From a virus: a stretch of DNA of 48,763 nucleotides. The stretch spans positions 1-48,763 of IMG/VR virus record IMGVR_UViG_3300043640_000055; one strand, given 5' to 3'. This document shows positions 6,925 through 16,036 of this stretch, one piece after another (position 1 is the first letter of the stretch; each line of letters opens with the position of its first letter). A model generated the notes under the pieces. It ran no database searches. It was not told the DNA's origin and worked only from the letters and a program-made list of their open reading frames with translations. A program made the position numbers and the translations under genes.

Positions 6925-7110
6925 ATGAGCGCGCTTATCGCAATGATTATCCCGATCATCGTTATTGTGGTCGTGGCCCTGGTTATAATTTGGGTAACCG
7001 AACGGTTCTCGCCTGACCCGTTAATCACGAAGATCATCAAGGTTGTCGTATTCGCCGTGGTGCTAATCGCACTGCTGATGAAGTTGGTTCCGTTGCTGGG
7101 GCTGAAATAA
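6925..7110 (+). CDS. Two-TM small membrane protein (61 aa); holin-like topology
   Basis: GGAG RBS. Two hydrophobic spans, IAMIIPIIVIVVVALVIIWV and VVVFAVVLIALLMKLVPLL. Confidence 0.55.
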   Translation: MSALIAMIIPIIVIVVVALVIIWVTERFSPDPLITKIIKVVVFAVVLIALLMKLVPLLGLK

Positions 7111-7124
7111 TACAAACATCTGAT

Positions 7125-7454
7125 ATGAAACCGAAAAAGACAATACCTACCCAATCTGTGGGCCAGCCGCCGGTTAGGCAGATCGCCAAGCTGAACGTGG
7201 CCGCATTGGCTCGCCGGCATGGCGAGAAAGCCATTCAGACCTTGGCTGATAAGTTGGACCACGAAGACCCGCGTGTGGCGATAGACGCGGCCGGCAAACT
7301 ACTGGATCGTGGCTACGGAAAGCCGACACAGACGATTGAAAGAGGCGACAAATCGCCGGATTTGATGGACGATGTTGAACTTCTCGACGCCATCCGTGAA
7401 GCCGCTCTTGGAGACATGGGCGAAACGGGAACGGATTCGAAACTCACTCACTGA
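7125..7454 (+). CDS. terS: Terminase small subunit
   Basis: Lies immediately upstream of and overlapping TerL. Basic N-terminus and an AGKLLDRGYGKP motif common in small terminases. Confidence 0.6.
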   Translation: MKPKKTIPTQSVGQPPVRQIAKLNVAALARRHGEKAIQTLADKLDHEDPRVAIDAAGKLLDRGYGKPTQTIERGDKSPDLMDDVELLDAIREAALGDMGETGTDSKLTH

Positions 7455-8814
7455 ATGGTGCCGGCTGTGTGGCTTTGAACCGGCTGCACATCATGTCCTG
7501 CTGATTGATGCTTTGGAGGCTGTAGAACGGGGCGACGTTCGCCGGCTGGCAGTCTTCATGCCGCCAGGCTCAGCCAAATCGACCTATGCGAGCGTTTTGT
7601 TCCCGCCATGGCTCATGCAGCGCCAGCAACATTCAAATTTGTTGGCCGCGTCACACACAACTGAACTGGCGGAAAAGTGGGGCCGGCGCATCCGGAACCT
7701 GATATCGGAGCATTCGACAACGCTTGGTATCTCGCCAGCTTTGGACAACCAGGCGGCGGGCCGCTGGGCATTAACGACGGGTGCCGAATATTACGCGGCT
7801 GGTGTTCGAACGGGGATCGCGGGCTTTCGCGCCAAGATTGGCTTGATTGACGACCCCATTCGGTCGCTTCAGGACGCCGACTCTGAATTGATCCGCGACC
7901 GCACATGGGATTGGTACATCAACGATTTCAGGACGCGGCTTGTTCCTGACGCGGCGGAAATTCTGATCCAAACCCGCTGGCATGAGGACGACCTTGCCGG
8001 GCGCTGTCTGGCGCACAGCAAGTGGGATGTGATTTCGCTTCCAGCGATTTGCGAGAGCAAAGACGACCCGCTTAACCGCAAGGTTGGCGAGCCACTTTGG
8101 AACGATGACAAATACGGATATGGCGGGCAGCTTTTGGAGATAGCCAAGAACACGCCGGCCAGAACATGGTCTGCGCTTTATCAGCAACGGCCGGCGCCTG
8201 AGGACGGCGATTACTTCAAGGCTGAATGGCTGCGGCCCTACACTGAAAAGCCTGCAACCGAGACAATGCGGGTTTATGGCGCGTCGGATTATGCGGTCAC
8301 GGCGGATGGCGGGGACTACACGGTACACGGCGTTGTTGGGTTGGACCCGGAAGGCCGGCCATGGCTGCTTGATGTCTGGCGCGGGCAAACGGATTCGGCA
8401 GTCTGGATCGACGCCTGGTGTGACATGGTGCTTGATTGGAAGCCCATGGAGTGGGGCGAGGAAGGCGGGCAGATCAGGGCCGCCGTTGGTCCTTTCATCG
8501 ACAGGCGGGCGCGGGAACGCAACGTGTTTGTGTATCGTCGGCAGATACCGTCACGGCACGACAAGGCGATCAGGGCACAATCTATCCGGGGTTTGATGGC
8601 GACGCGAGGGCTGTACGTTCCCGTCAATGCGCCATGGTATCCGGCATTCAGGGCTGAGTTGCTGAGCTTCCCGGCCGGCAAGAATGACGATCAGGTGGAT
8701 TTTCTCAGTTTGGTTGGGCAATTGCTCGACACGGCTTTCAATGGGCAACTTGGCGAGGACGAAGACGATGACCGCAGCCAAGACCGTGGCCGTTCCAGCG
8801 TGACGGGCTACTGA
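7372..8814 (+). CDS. terL: Terminase large subunit
   Basis: Walker A-like MPPGSAKST, IQTRWHEDDLAGR, and a C-terminal nuclease region with NDDQVD. The start is uncertain (ATG 7372, GTG 7396 or TTG 7408), but must lie inside the terS 3' end. Confidence 0.9.
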   Translation: MLNFSTPSVKPLLETWAKRERIRNSLTEWCRLCGFEPAAHHVLLIDALEAVERGDVRRLAVFMPPGSAKSTYASVLFPPWLMQRQQHSNLLAASHTTELAEKWGRRIRNLISEHSTTLGISPALDNQAAGRWALTTGAEYYAAGVRTGIAGFRAKIGLIDDPIRSLQDADSELIRDRTWDWYINDFRTRLVPDAAEILIQTRWHEDDLAGRCLAHSKWDVISLPAICESKDDPLNRKVGEPLWNDDKYGYGGQLLEIAKNTPARTWSALYQQRPAPEDGDYFKAEWLRPYTEKPATETMRVYGASDYAVTADGGDYTVHGVVGLDPEGRPWLLDVWRGQTDSAVWIDAWCDMVLDWKPMEWGEEGGQIRAAVGPFIDRRARERNVFVYRRQIPSRHDKAIRAQSIRGLMATRGLYVPVNAPWYPAFRAELLSFPAGKNDDQVDFLSLVGQLLDTAFNGQLGEDEDDDRSQDRGRSSVTGY

Positions 8815-10931
8815 TGCTCTACAAACCAACCGAGCGGGAGAAGTCGCCGAACCTCACCAAAACGCTGGCGAAGCTGCTTGAGTACGAGGCGTCCCAGAAC
8901 ATCGCCGAAGACATCCTTGACCGGAAAGACGGCCAAGATCTGATTACCAAGATCGGCGGCGACGTAGAACGCAAATACAAGATTGACAAGGCCTCCCGCT
9001 CCGATTGGGAGGAATCGTCCAACCGGGCCATGGACATCGCGCTTCAGGTCAGGAAGCCAAAGAATTACCCGTTCGATGGCGCCGCAAATATCAAATACCC
9101 GCTCGTTACCGTTGCTGCATTGCAATTCGGAGCAAGGGCTTATCCAGCCATTGTGGATGGCGCCCGTATCGTCAAGGCCCAGGTCGTTGGCAATGACATG
9201 GGCGTTCCGATCAAGGACGAGAACGGCGATCCTCGTGTAGACCCGATGAGCGGGGAGCCGCTGTGGATCAAGAAGCCGGGCGAGAAGCGCGCCAAGGCCG
9301 ATCGCGTCTCGAAGCACATGTCCTACCAGCTCCTCAACGAAATGGAGGAATGGGAGGAAGACACCGACGTTCTGTTGCACCATCTGCCCATCGTCGGCTG
9401 TGCGTTCCGCAAGGTGTGGCGTTCGGAAACCTTGGGCCGGAACAAATCGGAGATGGTCCCCGCCATCAATCTGGTGGTGAACAACAAATGCCGGTCACTG
9501 GACGAGGCGCCGGCTGTTACCCACGAGGTCTATGTTTACCCGCAGGATATCGAGGAGCGGAAGCTTTCCGGCCTTTGGCTGGACATTGATTTGCCCGATC
9601 CCGTCGCGGATGGGGACAACGACGAAGACGCGCCGCATCTGTTCCTTGAGCAGCATTGCTTCCTCGACCTTGACGAGGATGGCTATCGTGAGCCCTACAT
9701 CGTCACGGTGCACAAGGAATCCTGTCAGGTCGTCCGCATCGTCGCCAACTTCCGGATGGAAGACGTAAAGGACAACGGCAAGAAGATCATTCGCATCCCG
9801 AAGGATCAGTATTTCGTCAAGTACAGCTTTATCCCCGATCCCAAAGGAGGCTTCTACGATATCGGGTTCGGTCGATTGCTCGAAAGCCTTGGCGAGACGA
9901 TCGATACCACGATCAACCAAATGCTGGACGCTGGTCATCTCCAGAATGCTGGCGGTGGATTTATCGGAACCGGCATCCGCTTAAAGAAAGGCGGGCAGAT
10001 CAAGGTTTCGCCGGGCAAGTTCGAACAGGTCGAGACTTCAGGCAAGCTTGGCGATCAGATCCACATGCACCAGTTCCAGGGGCCGTCCCCTGTGCTGTTT
10101 CAGTTGCTCGGAATGATGGTCGAAGCCGCAAAGGACATCACTGCGGTCAAGGATATCCTGACCGGCGATACCAACGGACAGGTGCAGACCGCCACGACTA
10201 CGCTGGCGATGATCGAGCAGGGATTGAAGGTCTTCACGGCGATTTACAAGCGCATCTATCGTGCCTTGAAGGACGAGTTCAAGCTTCTGTTCATCCTCAA
10301 TGCCCGGCATATCGATGAGAAAGCCTATTACATCTTCAACGACGAGCAGGAAGTAGTCGAGAAGGCCGATTACGACACTGGCTCGATGGATATCTGCCCC
10401 GTGGCCGACCCGAAGATGGTCACGGACATGCAGCGTGCAGGCCACGCGCAGCTCCTGATGCAGATTGCCGAGCATCCCGCGTTTGGACCGCTTCAGGACG
10501 CCGCGGAAGCCCTCAGGCGGGTTTACGATGCGATGGGCGTGCAGGAGCCGGACAAGCTGTTCAAGAAGCAGGGGCCGCCGAGCCCCGGCGAGCAGGCCCA
10601 GATGGAGGAATTGCAGTCCAAGACCGCCAAGAACGTGGCGAGCGCGCACAAGGACGCAGCGACGGCTGATAAGGTCACTGCGGAAACGCAACTGTTGCCG
10701 GCAAAGGCCCTTGTCGATGTATCTACGGCAAAGCACAAGGATGCGCTGACGGCTCAGACATTGACCGATGCGAATTTGGCCCCGGCCGGGGCCATTCTCG
10801 ACGCTCACGCGCAGGATATGGAAGACCAGCACAGGCACGCTGACCGTCAGGTTGCCATTGACGAGAAGAAAAAGGACCGTGAGCAGGCGGCGGTTGTCGC
10901 GGCGGATAAGAAGGCCACGGCTGAAGCATGA
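8814..10931 (+). CDS. Portal protein
   Basis: 705 aa directly after TerL (TGATG overlap). Long helical Ala/Gln/Lys-rich C-terminal barrel-like tail. Confidence 0.85.
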   Translation: MLYKPTEREKSPNLTKTLAKLLEYEASQNIAEDILDRKDGQDLITKIGGDVERKYKIDKASRSDWEESSNRAMDIALQVRKPKNYPFDGAANIKYPLVTVAALQFGARAYPAIVDGARIVKAQVVGNDMGVPIKDENGDPRVDPMSGEPLWIKKPGEKRAKADRVSKHMSYQLLNEMEEWEEDTDVLLHHLPIVGCAFRKVWRSETLGRNKSEMVPAINLVVNNKCRSLDEAPAVTHEVYVYPQDIEERKLSGLWLDIDLPDPVADGDNDEDAPHLFLEQHCFLDLDEDGYREPYIVTVHKESCQVVRIVANFRMEDVKDNGKKIIRIPKDQYFVKYSFIPDPKGGFYDIGFGRLLESLGETIDTTINQMLDAGHLQNAGGGFIGTGIRLKKGGQIKVSPGKFEQVETSGKLGDQIHMHQFQGPSPVLFQLLGMMVEAAKDITAVKDILTGDTNGQVQTATTTLAMIEQGLKVFTAIYKRIYRALKDEFKLLFILNARHIDEKAYYIFNDEQEVVEKADYDTGSMDICPVADPKMVTDMQRAGHAQLLMQIAEHPAFGPLQDAAEALRRVYDAMGVQEPDKLFKKQGPPSPGEQAQMEELQSKTAKNVASAHKDAATADKVTAETQLLPAKALVDVSTAKHKDALTAQTLTDANLAPAGAILDAHAQDMEDQHRHADRQVAIDEKKKDREQAAVVAADKKATAEA

Positions 10932-11164
10932 TCGACCGCGAATCCTTTGATGAATGGATGGCCCATCCCGTCACCGAACACGTTCTAAAGCGTGTCGGCG
11001 AACTGGCAGAACAGAACAAGCAGAAATGGATTGACCAATCCTGGGGGCAGGGCATCTGTGATCCCATGACATTGGTTGATTTGAAAGCGCGGGCAGAAGC
11101 CGCGAAAGACCTGAGTGAACTGAAATATGAGGATGTGAGCGACGATGAAACAGACAAATCTTAA
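10928..11164 (+). CDS. Hypothetical head-module protein (78 aa)
   Basis: ATGA overlap with the portal stop. Confidence 0.55.
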   Translation: MIDRESFDEWMAHPVTEHVLKRVGELAEQNKQKWIDQSWGQGICDPMTLVDLKARAEAAKDLSELKYEDVSDDETDKS

Positions 11165-11492
11165 GGTGTTGGATGGCGGCAATCCGAGCGGTATTCGGCC
11201 GACCGAGTTCAAGGTGTTGATCCTACCGACCGAAGTTTCCGGCATGATCGGCAACATTCACATTCCAGACGAGCACAAGGACCGCGTGCAGTTTGCTCAA
11301 CAGGAGGGCGTAATAGTGGCGCTGGCGCCGCTGGCTTTCACTTATGACGAGTGGAAGGGCGTCGAAGATCAGAAGCCCAAGCCGGGCGATAGGGTGCTGT
11401 TCGCGAAGTTCGCTGGCTTTGACCACAAAGGCAAGGACGGCAAGAAATACCGCGTCGTCAACGACAAAGACGTGTCTGCCGTCATCGACTGA
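11145..11492 (+). CDS. GroES/Cpn10-like co-chaperonin
   Basis: IRPTEFKVLILPTE...IHIPDE...GVIVALAP...KPGDRVLFAKFAG...DGKKYRVVNDKDVSAVI parallels the GroES pattern I.P..DRV+V.....GI.+P.....G.V+AVG....VK.GD.V+F..Y.G......+.+++.E.DILAV+. Confidence 0.6.
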   Translation: MKQTNLKVLDGGNPSGIRPTEFKVLILPTEVSGMIGNIHIPDEHKDRVQFAQQEGVIVALAPLAFTYDEWKGVEDQKPKPGDRVLFAKFAGFDHKGKDGKKYRVVNDKDVSAVID

Positions 11493-11515
11493 CCCGATCC
11501 GAACAATTCGATCTG

Positions 11516-11545
11516 ACCCGCCCGCCATTTCGGCGGGTTTTTCTT
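11516..11545 (+). terminator. Rho-independent terminator/attenuator inside the head operon
   Basis: cccgcc-atttc-ggcggg followed by tttttcttt. Homologous to the terminator at 26088. Confidence 0.7.
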
Positions 11546-11555
11546 TGGAGTTAAC

Positions 11556-12491
11556 ATGGATACCGAAACAGATACCGACAACGTCCTTGAAGACTTCGTG
11601 GACGACAGCCCAGCCGAAGACATCGACAAGGCCAAATCAATCGGATGGAAAGACCCGTCCGAATGGAAGGGCAATCCCCCGAAGAACGGGTTCGTCAAGG
11701 CCAGCGCCTATCTTGAGCGCGCCAAGACGGTGATCCCGATCATGCGGTCGCAAACCGTCAAGCTTGAGACGGAACTGGCGGAAGCGAAAGCCGAGCTGAA
11801 ATCCTTCAAGGAAGGCACGGCGAAGACCATCGAGAATATGTCGCGCATGACGAAAGTCGCGCTCGATCGCCAGCGCACCCAGCTTGAGGACAAATATTCA
11901 AACGCGATCGATGCCGCAACCGAGGTCGGTGACAAGACCGAGGTTCGCAGGCTACGAGACGCCGAACGCAAGGATCTGAAAGCCTTTGACGAGGCCGCCG
12001 AGGAGTCCAGACCGGACGAGAAGGAAACCGCAGCAGCCAAGGAGAAGGTCAACGCAGCGCTTCCCAAGGACGTACAGGACACCATCAGCGAGTGGATATC
12101 GGTCAACCCCTGGTATTCAACCGATGCCGGAATGCAGGCCCTGGCGAATTCATACCACGGCAAGCTTCTGAAGGATAAGCCGGGCATGTCCCTGGCTGAC
12201 AATCTTGAGGAAACCCGCAAGGAAGTCGCCAAGCGGTATCCGGAAAAATTCGGTGTTGAAGATGAACCGGACGACGATGAAAAGCCTGCGCGCGGCTCTC
12301 GCGTTGAAGGTGGTTCTCGGGTGGCTGGCGGAGGTGGCGGGTCAAAGTTCTCGAAACTCCCGGCCGACGCCAAAACCCAAGCCGACAAGTTCATCAAGGA
12401 TGACGGGCTTTTCCTTGAAAAGGGCGAGACTGCCGAAAAAGACCTAGCCAAGGCGCGTGAACGATACGCCGCCGCATATCTGGAGAATTGA
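11556..12491 (+). CDS. Scaffolding protein
   Basis: Acidic, Lys/Glu/Ala-rich and coiled-coil-like. Lies between the portal and capsid genes. GGAG RBS. Confidence 0.6.
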   Translation: MDTETDTDNVLEDFVDDSPAEDIDKAKSIGWKDPSEWKGNPPKNGFVKASAYLERAKTVIPIMRSQTVKLETELAEAKAELKSFKEGTAKTIENMSRMTKVALDRQRTQLEDKYSNAIDAATEVGDKTEVRRLRDAERKDLKAFDEAAEESRPDEKETAAAKEKVNAALPKDVQDTISEWISVNPWYSTDAGMQALANSYHGKLLKDKPGMSLADNLEETRKEVAKRYPEKFGVEDEPDDDEKPARGSRVEGGSRVAGGGGGSKFSKLPADAKTQADKFIKDDGLFLEKGETAEKDLAKARERYAAAYLEN

Positions 12492-12494
12492 GCC

Positions 12495-12986
12495 ATGACC
12501 GACGTTGAAATCAAGCGCGGTCCCGGCCGCCCGCCCCGCACCGAGGAAGTCAAGACCGAGCGCCGCCGCCGTCAGGGCATGGGCGCCGAACGTAACCTGA
12601 AGCTGTTCGTTCCCGAGCAGGCCAAGGACCCTAATTTCGTCTATCGGTTCGTCAATGACCGGCCCGGACGGGTCAAACAACTTACCCAGATGGACGATTA
12701 CGAGATCGTCTCATCGGAGGACGGCAACATTGATCCCGGCACAGCCGAGGGAACCGTCGTCAAGCGAACCGTGGACCGCAGCGAGGGCGAAGAAGCCGTC
12801 CTGCTGCGCAAGCCACGTCAGTACTACGAGGCAGATAAGGCCGAAGAGCAGAAATTGCTGGACGAACGCGACGAAGAGTTGCGCGCCGGCAAGGTTCAAA
12901 GCTCCGAAGGCCTGAGTGGATCAGAGGCATATGTTCCCGGTGGCCGCAGAGGTCAGGACGGACGAAACACCGTCGCGGGGAAGTAG
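12495..12986 (+). CDS. Head-morphogenesis protein of unknown role (163 aa)
   Basis: ORF track; basic N-terminus RGPGRPPRTEEVKTERRRRQG. Confidence 0.5.
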   Translation: MTDVEIKRGPGRPPRTEEVKTERRRRQGMGAERNLKLFVPEQAKDPNFVYRFVNDRPGRVKQLTQMDDYEIVSSEDGNIDPGTAEGTVVKRTVDRSEGEEAVLLRKPRQYYEADKAEEQKLLDERDEELRAGKVQSSEGLSGSEAYVPGGRRGQDGRNTVAGK

Positions 12987-13025
12987 GGCCAACACACCCT
13001 TCCTTTCAATTATCAGGAGGCCATC

Positions 13026-13604
13026 ATGGCTAATCCATCCACTCCGAACGGGGCTGTTCCCGTGCGGACGTTGACTGGTCCCTATACGGGAGCCACCAAC
13101 GCCTATTCGACTGCCGCTGGCGACAGCGTTCTGCTTGGTATCGGCGACTTCGTAAAGCTCGCCGGCACGTCTCAGCTTATCGGCGACGTGACCTATGCCG
13201 ACGTTGCCCGAGCTGCTACCGGCGATGTTATCGTCGGCGTGGTTACTTCTTGCGTGCCCGCAACCCGCGATTCCACCGTGTATCGCGCGGCCTCGACGGC
13301 CACGATTGTCAACGTCTGCGACGATCCGACTGTGCTTTTCGAAATTCAGGAAAGCGCCGCCGGCACTTCGTTGACCGCAAACGATATTGGCCTGAACGCC
13401 AACTTCGTTGTGGCGAACGCATCCACTGCCACGGGCCTCTCTGCGACGACCCTCAACAACGCCACGGAAGCGACCGCCAACACGTTGGATCTCAAGATCA
13501 TCGGCCTTGCCAACAAGCCGAACAACGCTGTGGGTGAATCCGCCAAGTGGATCGTTCGCATCAACCGACATCAGTACGTCGATCAAATCGCCGGACCGGC
13601 GTAA
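13026..13604 (+). CDS. Putative capsid decoration/cement protein (192 aa)
   Basis: AGGAGG RBS. Thr/Ala/Asn-rich and beta-rich. Lies immediately upstream of the major capsid gene. Confidence 0.45.
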   Translation: MANPSTPNGAVPVRTLTGPYTGATNAYSTAAGDSVLLGIGDFVKLAGTSQLIGDVTYADVARAATGDVIVGVVTSCVPATRDSTVYRAASTATIVNVCDDPTVLFEIQESAAGTSLTANDIGLNANFVVANASTATGLSATTLNNATEATANTLDLKIIGLANKPNNAVGESAKWIVRINRHQYVDQIAGPA

Positions 13605-13616
13605 GGAGATAGGCAC

Positions 13617-14519
13617 ATGCCCGCTGGAACAATCACTACTGGTAACCATCCCAAAGCCTTGTGGCCTGGGATGCATGCATTCTTCGGTACGACCTACGGG
13701 GAGTATCAGGAGGAATGGCGCGACCTCGTTGAGGTCCAGAAGTCCGCGAAGAACTACGAGGAAGACACCCTCGTTACTGGTTTCGGTCAGATGCCGATCA
13801 AGCCGGAAGGCTCCGGTATCAGCTACGATTCCGAAACCCAGGGCTTCACCAAGCGCTATACCCACACGGTATGGGGCTTGGGCTACATCGTCACGCAGGA
13901 AGAATTGGAGGACAACCTCTATGAGGTGGTTTCCAAGAAGCGCATCAAGCGCCTCGCCTTCTCTGCGCGGCAGACCAAGGAAAACGTGGTCGCGAACGTC
14001 TACAACCGCGCCACCACTTCCGGCTACAACGGCGGCGATGGTGTGGTTCTGCTCTCGACATCGCATCCGTCAACGGCCGGCAACTGGTCCAACAAGCTCT
14101 CGACCGCAGCCGATCTTTCGGAGGCTGCGCTTGAGGACATGATGATCCAGATCGCGCAGGCCAAGAACGATCGCGGTCACGTGATCAATCTGAAGCCGAA
14201 GAAGCTGCTCATCCCGTCGAACCTGATGTTCGACGCCAAGCGCATCCTCAAGTCGGATAGGCAGTCCGGTACGGCGAACAATGATCTCAATGCCCTGAAG
14301 GGGGAGATTGACTACTCGGTCAATCACTACTTCACGGATGCGGATCAGTGGTTCATCCGGACTGACGCGGCTCAGGGTATGCAGTTGTTCGATCGTCGTG
14401 CTCTTTCGTTCACGCAAGATAACGACTTCGACACTGAGAACGCCAAGGCCAAGTGCACCATGCGCTTCTCGGTCGGCTGGTCCGATCCGCGCGGCGTGTT
14501 CGGCAGCGAAGGCGCGTAA
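13617..14519 (+). CDS. Major capsid protein (HK97 fold, Mu gpT-like)
   Basis: 300 aa with a strong RBS, followed by a stable hairpin. Length and layout fit HK97-type major head subunits. Confidence 0.8.
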   Translation: MPAGTITTGNHPKALWPGMHAFFGTTYGEYQEEWRDLVEVQKSAKNYEEDTLVTGFGQMPIKPEGSGISYDSETQGFTKRYTHTVWGLGYIVTQEELEDNLYEVVSKKRIKRLAFSARQTKENVVANVYNRATTSGYNGGDGVVLLSTSHPSTAGNWSNKLSTAADLSEAALEDMMIQIAQAKNDRGHVINLKPKKLLIPSNLMFDAKRILKSDRQSGTANNDLNALKGEIDYSVNHYFTDADQWFIRTDAAQGMQLFDRRALSFTQDNDFDTENAKAKCTMRFSVGWSDPRGVFGSEGA

Positions 14520-14524
14520 CTAAC

Positions 14525-14548
14525 GAGGGCGGGGGAAACTCCGCCCTC
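14525..14548 (+). terminator. Post-capsid hairpin (partial terminator or stabiliser)
   Basis: gagggcgg-gggaaact-ccgccctc, an 8-bp GC stem followed by a weak T tract. Confidence 0.5.
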
Positions 14549-14611
14549 TTCCACCTCACCATCGGATTCCTTTAACCAAGGCGCAACCCGCGTCGATTGG
14601 GAGAATTTTCC

Positions 14612-15595
14612 ATGACTGTCTATTCCAACTATCCGAACGGTTTCGCCAATGGCGTGACCATGAAAAGCCTGCCTATCCTGCAGACCAATCCCGGCAAGGT
14701 GTTCTGGGTTTCGAACGTCACGACCGGCCTTTTGCAGGGCCAGCGCGGCGGCTCTGACGGTAACCGCGGCACTTTCGACAGCCCGTTCTCATCGCTGAAC
14801 TACGCAATCTCTCAGTGCGTCGCGAACCGTGGTGACATGATCTTCATCAAGCCGGGCCATGCGGAATCGATCATCTCCGCAACCGCGCTGAACTTCAATA
14901 TCGCTGGCGTGCAGATTCGCGGCCTCGGAACCGGATCAAACCGCCCAACGTTCACGTTCACGACGGCCAACACGGCGACCATCCCGGTATCGGCCAACAA
15001 TATGTCGATCTCGGGTTGCCTGTTCGTCGGCAATTTCCTGTCGATCGCATCGGCCTTCACGGTCGCGGCGGCTGCGGATTTCGAGGTTGACGGCAACGAG
15101 TTCCGCGATACCAGCGCAATCCTCGGCTTCCTGTCGATCGTCACCACGACGGTTTCGGTTAACTCGGATGGCCTGCGCTACACCAACAACATCCGCAAGT
15201 CCGACGCGACCACCACGCCGGGGCCTGATGTCGTTGTCGCCAACACCATGAGCCGGCTGAAGGTCAACGGCAACAAGACCGTTCATACCGTGGCATCAAA
15301 CAACATTGCGGCCCTGCTGGAGCATGGCGCGCTTGTGATGACGGATGCGGAAGTCGTCGGCAATTACGTCTATTCGGTCAACACCGATACGGCGACCGGC
15401 GCCATCCTGGTGAAGACCACGGCCACGACCGGATCGGGCATCATCGCTCACAACCGGATCAGAGCGCTGGACGTGGCGGCGGCGATCATCGTGCCGAGTG
15501 CTGCTGTGCAGTACGGCATGTTTGACAACCTCTACATCGGCGACGGCACGCAGAATTCGGGCTTCCTCCTGCCCGCAATCGGCACCGACTCCTAA
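14612..15595 (+). CDS. Right-handed beta-helix (pectate-lyase-fold) virion protein; tailspike/depolymerase-like
   Basis: ATG 14612 after GGGAGA. N-terminal GTFDSPFSSLNYAISQCVANRGDMIFIKPGHAE followed by repetitive beta-helix-type segments. Confidence 0.65.
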   Translation: MTVYSNYPNGFANGVTMKSLPILQTNPGKVFWVSNVTTGLLQGQRGGSDGNRGTFDSPFSSLNYAISQCVANRGDMIFIKPGHAESIISATALNFNIAGVQIRGLGTGSNRPTFTFTTANTATIPVSANNMSISGCLFVGNFLSIASAFTVAAAADFEVDGNEFRDTSAILGFLSIVTTTVSVNSDGLRYTNNIRKSDATTTPGPDVVVANTMSRLKVNGNKTVHTVASNNIAALLEHGALVMTDAEVVGNYVYSVNTDTATGAILVKTTATTGSGIIAHNRIRALDVAAAIIVPSAAVQYGMFDNLYIGDGTQNSGFLLPAIGTDS

Positions 15596-15603
15596 CGTCA
15601 ACC

Positions 15604-15635
15604 GGGCGGGGCTTCGCAGCCTCGCCCATTCTTTT
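15604..15635 (+). terminator. Rho-independent terminator
   Basis: gggcggggc-ttcgca-gcctcgccc (9-bp stem with one G-U pair) followed by attctttt. Confidence 0.65.
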
Positions 15636-15646
15636 GGGAGCGCCGC

Positions 15647-16036
15647 ATGGCTAATACCATCACCAAGACAACCATTCTCGACGGCCCGCGCAACTTCGTC
15701 CTGCTGCTCAACATCTCGGGCGACGGCTCGGGCGATGAAACCAACACCAATATCTTTACCCGCGCGTCGTTTGCCCCGACGACCGGGACGGAAATCGTCA
15801 TTGAAAAGGTCGCGGGCAATCTGAACGGCTTTACCGCAACGCTGATTTTCGACGCCACGACTGATCTGCCCGTCGTGTCATGCCCGGCCACTTGGTTCGA
15901 ATACGACTGGAAATGCTTTGGCGGGGTGTCTTCGAACAAGGCCGGTGCCGGGGCTGCTGGCGACATTCTCCTGTCCACGGTTGGGCTCGGCTCTGGCGAG
16001 AAGGGCACGATCATGATTGAGTTGAAGAAGATCTGA
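15647..16036 (+). CDS. Small virion-associated protein (129 aa)
   Basis: ORF track; GGGAG RBS. Confidence 0.55.
   Translation: MANTITKTTILDGPRNFVLLLNISGDGSGDETNTNIFTRASFAPTTGTEIVIEKVAGNLNGFTATLIFDATTDLPVVSCPATWFEYDWKCFGGVSSNKAGAGAAGDILLSTVGLGSGEKGTIMIELKKI

Noticed and set aside
10038-14066. Long minus-strand ORFs (10038..10838, 11708..12553, 12921..14066) opposite the portal, scaffold and capsid genes
   Set aside because: They are antisense shadows of strongly supported structural genes, with Arg/Gly/Leu-rich composition and no RBS or motifs.
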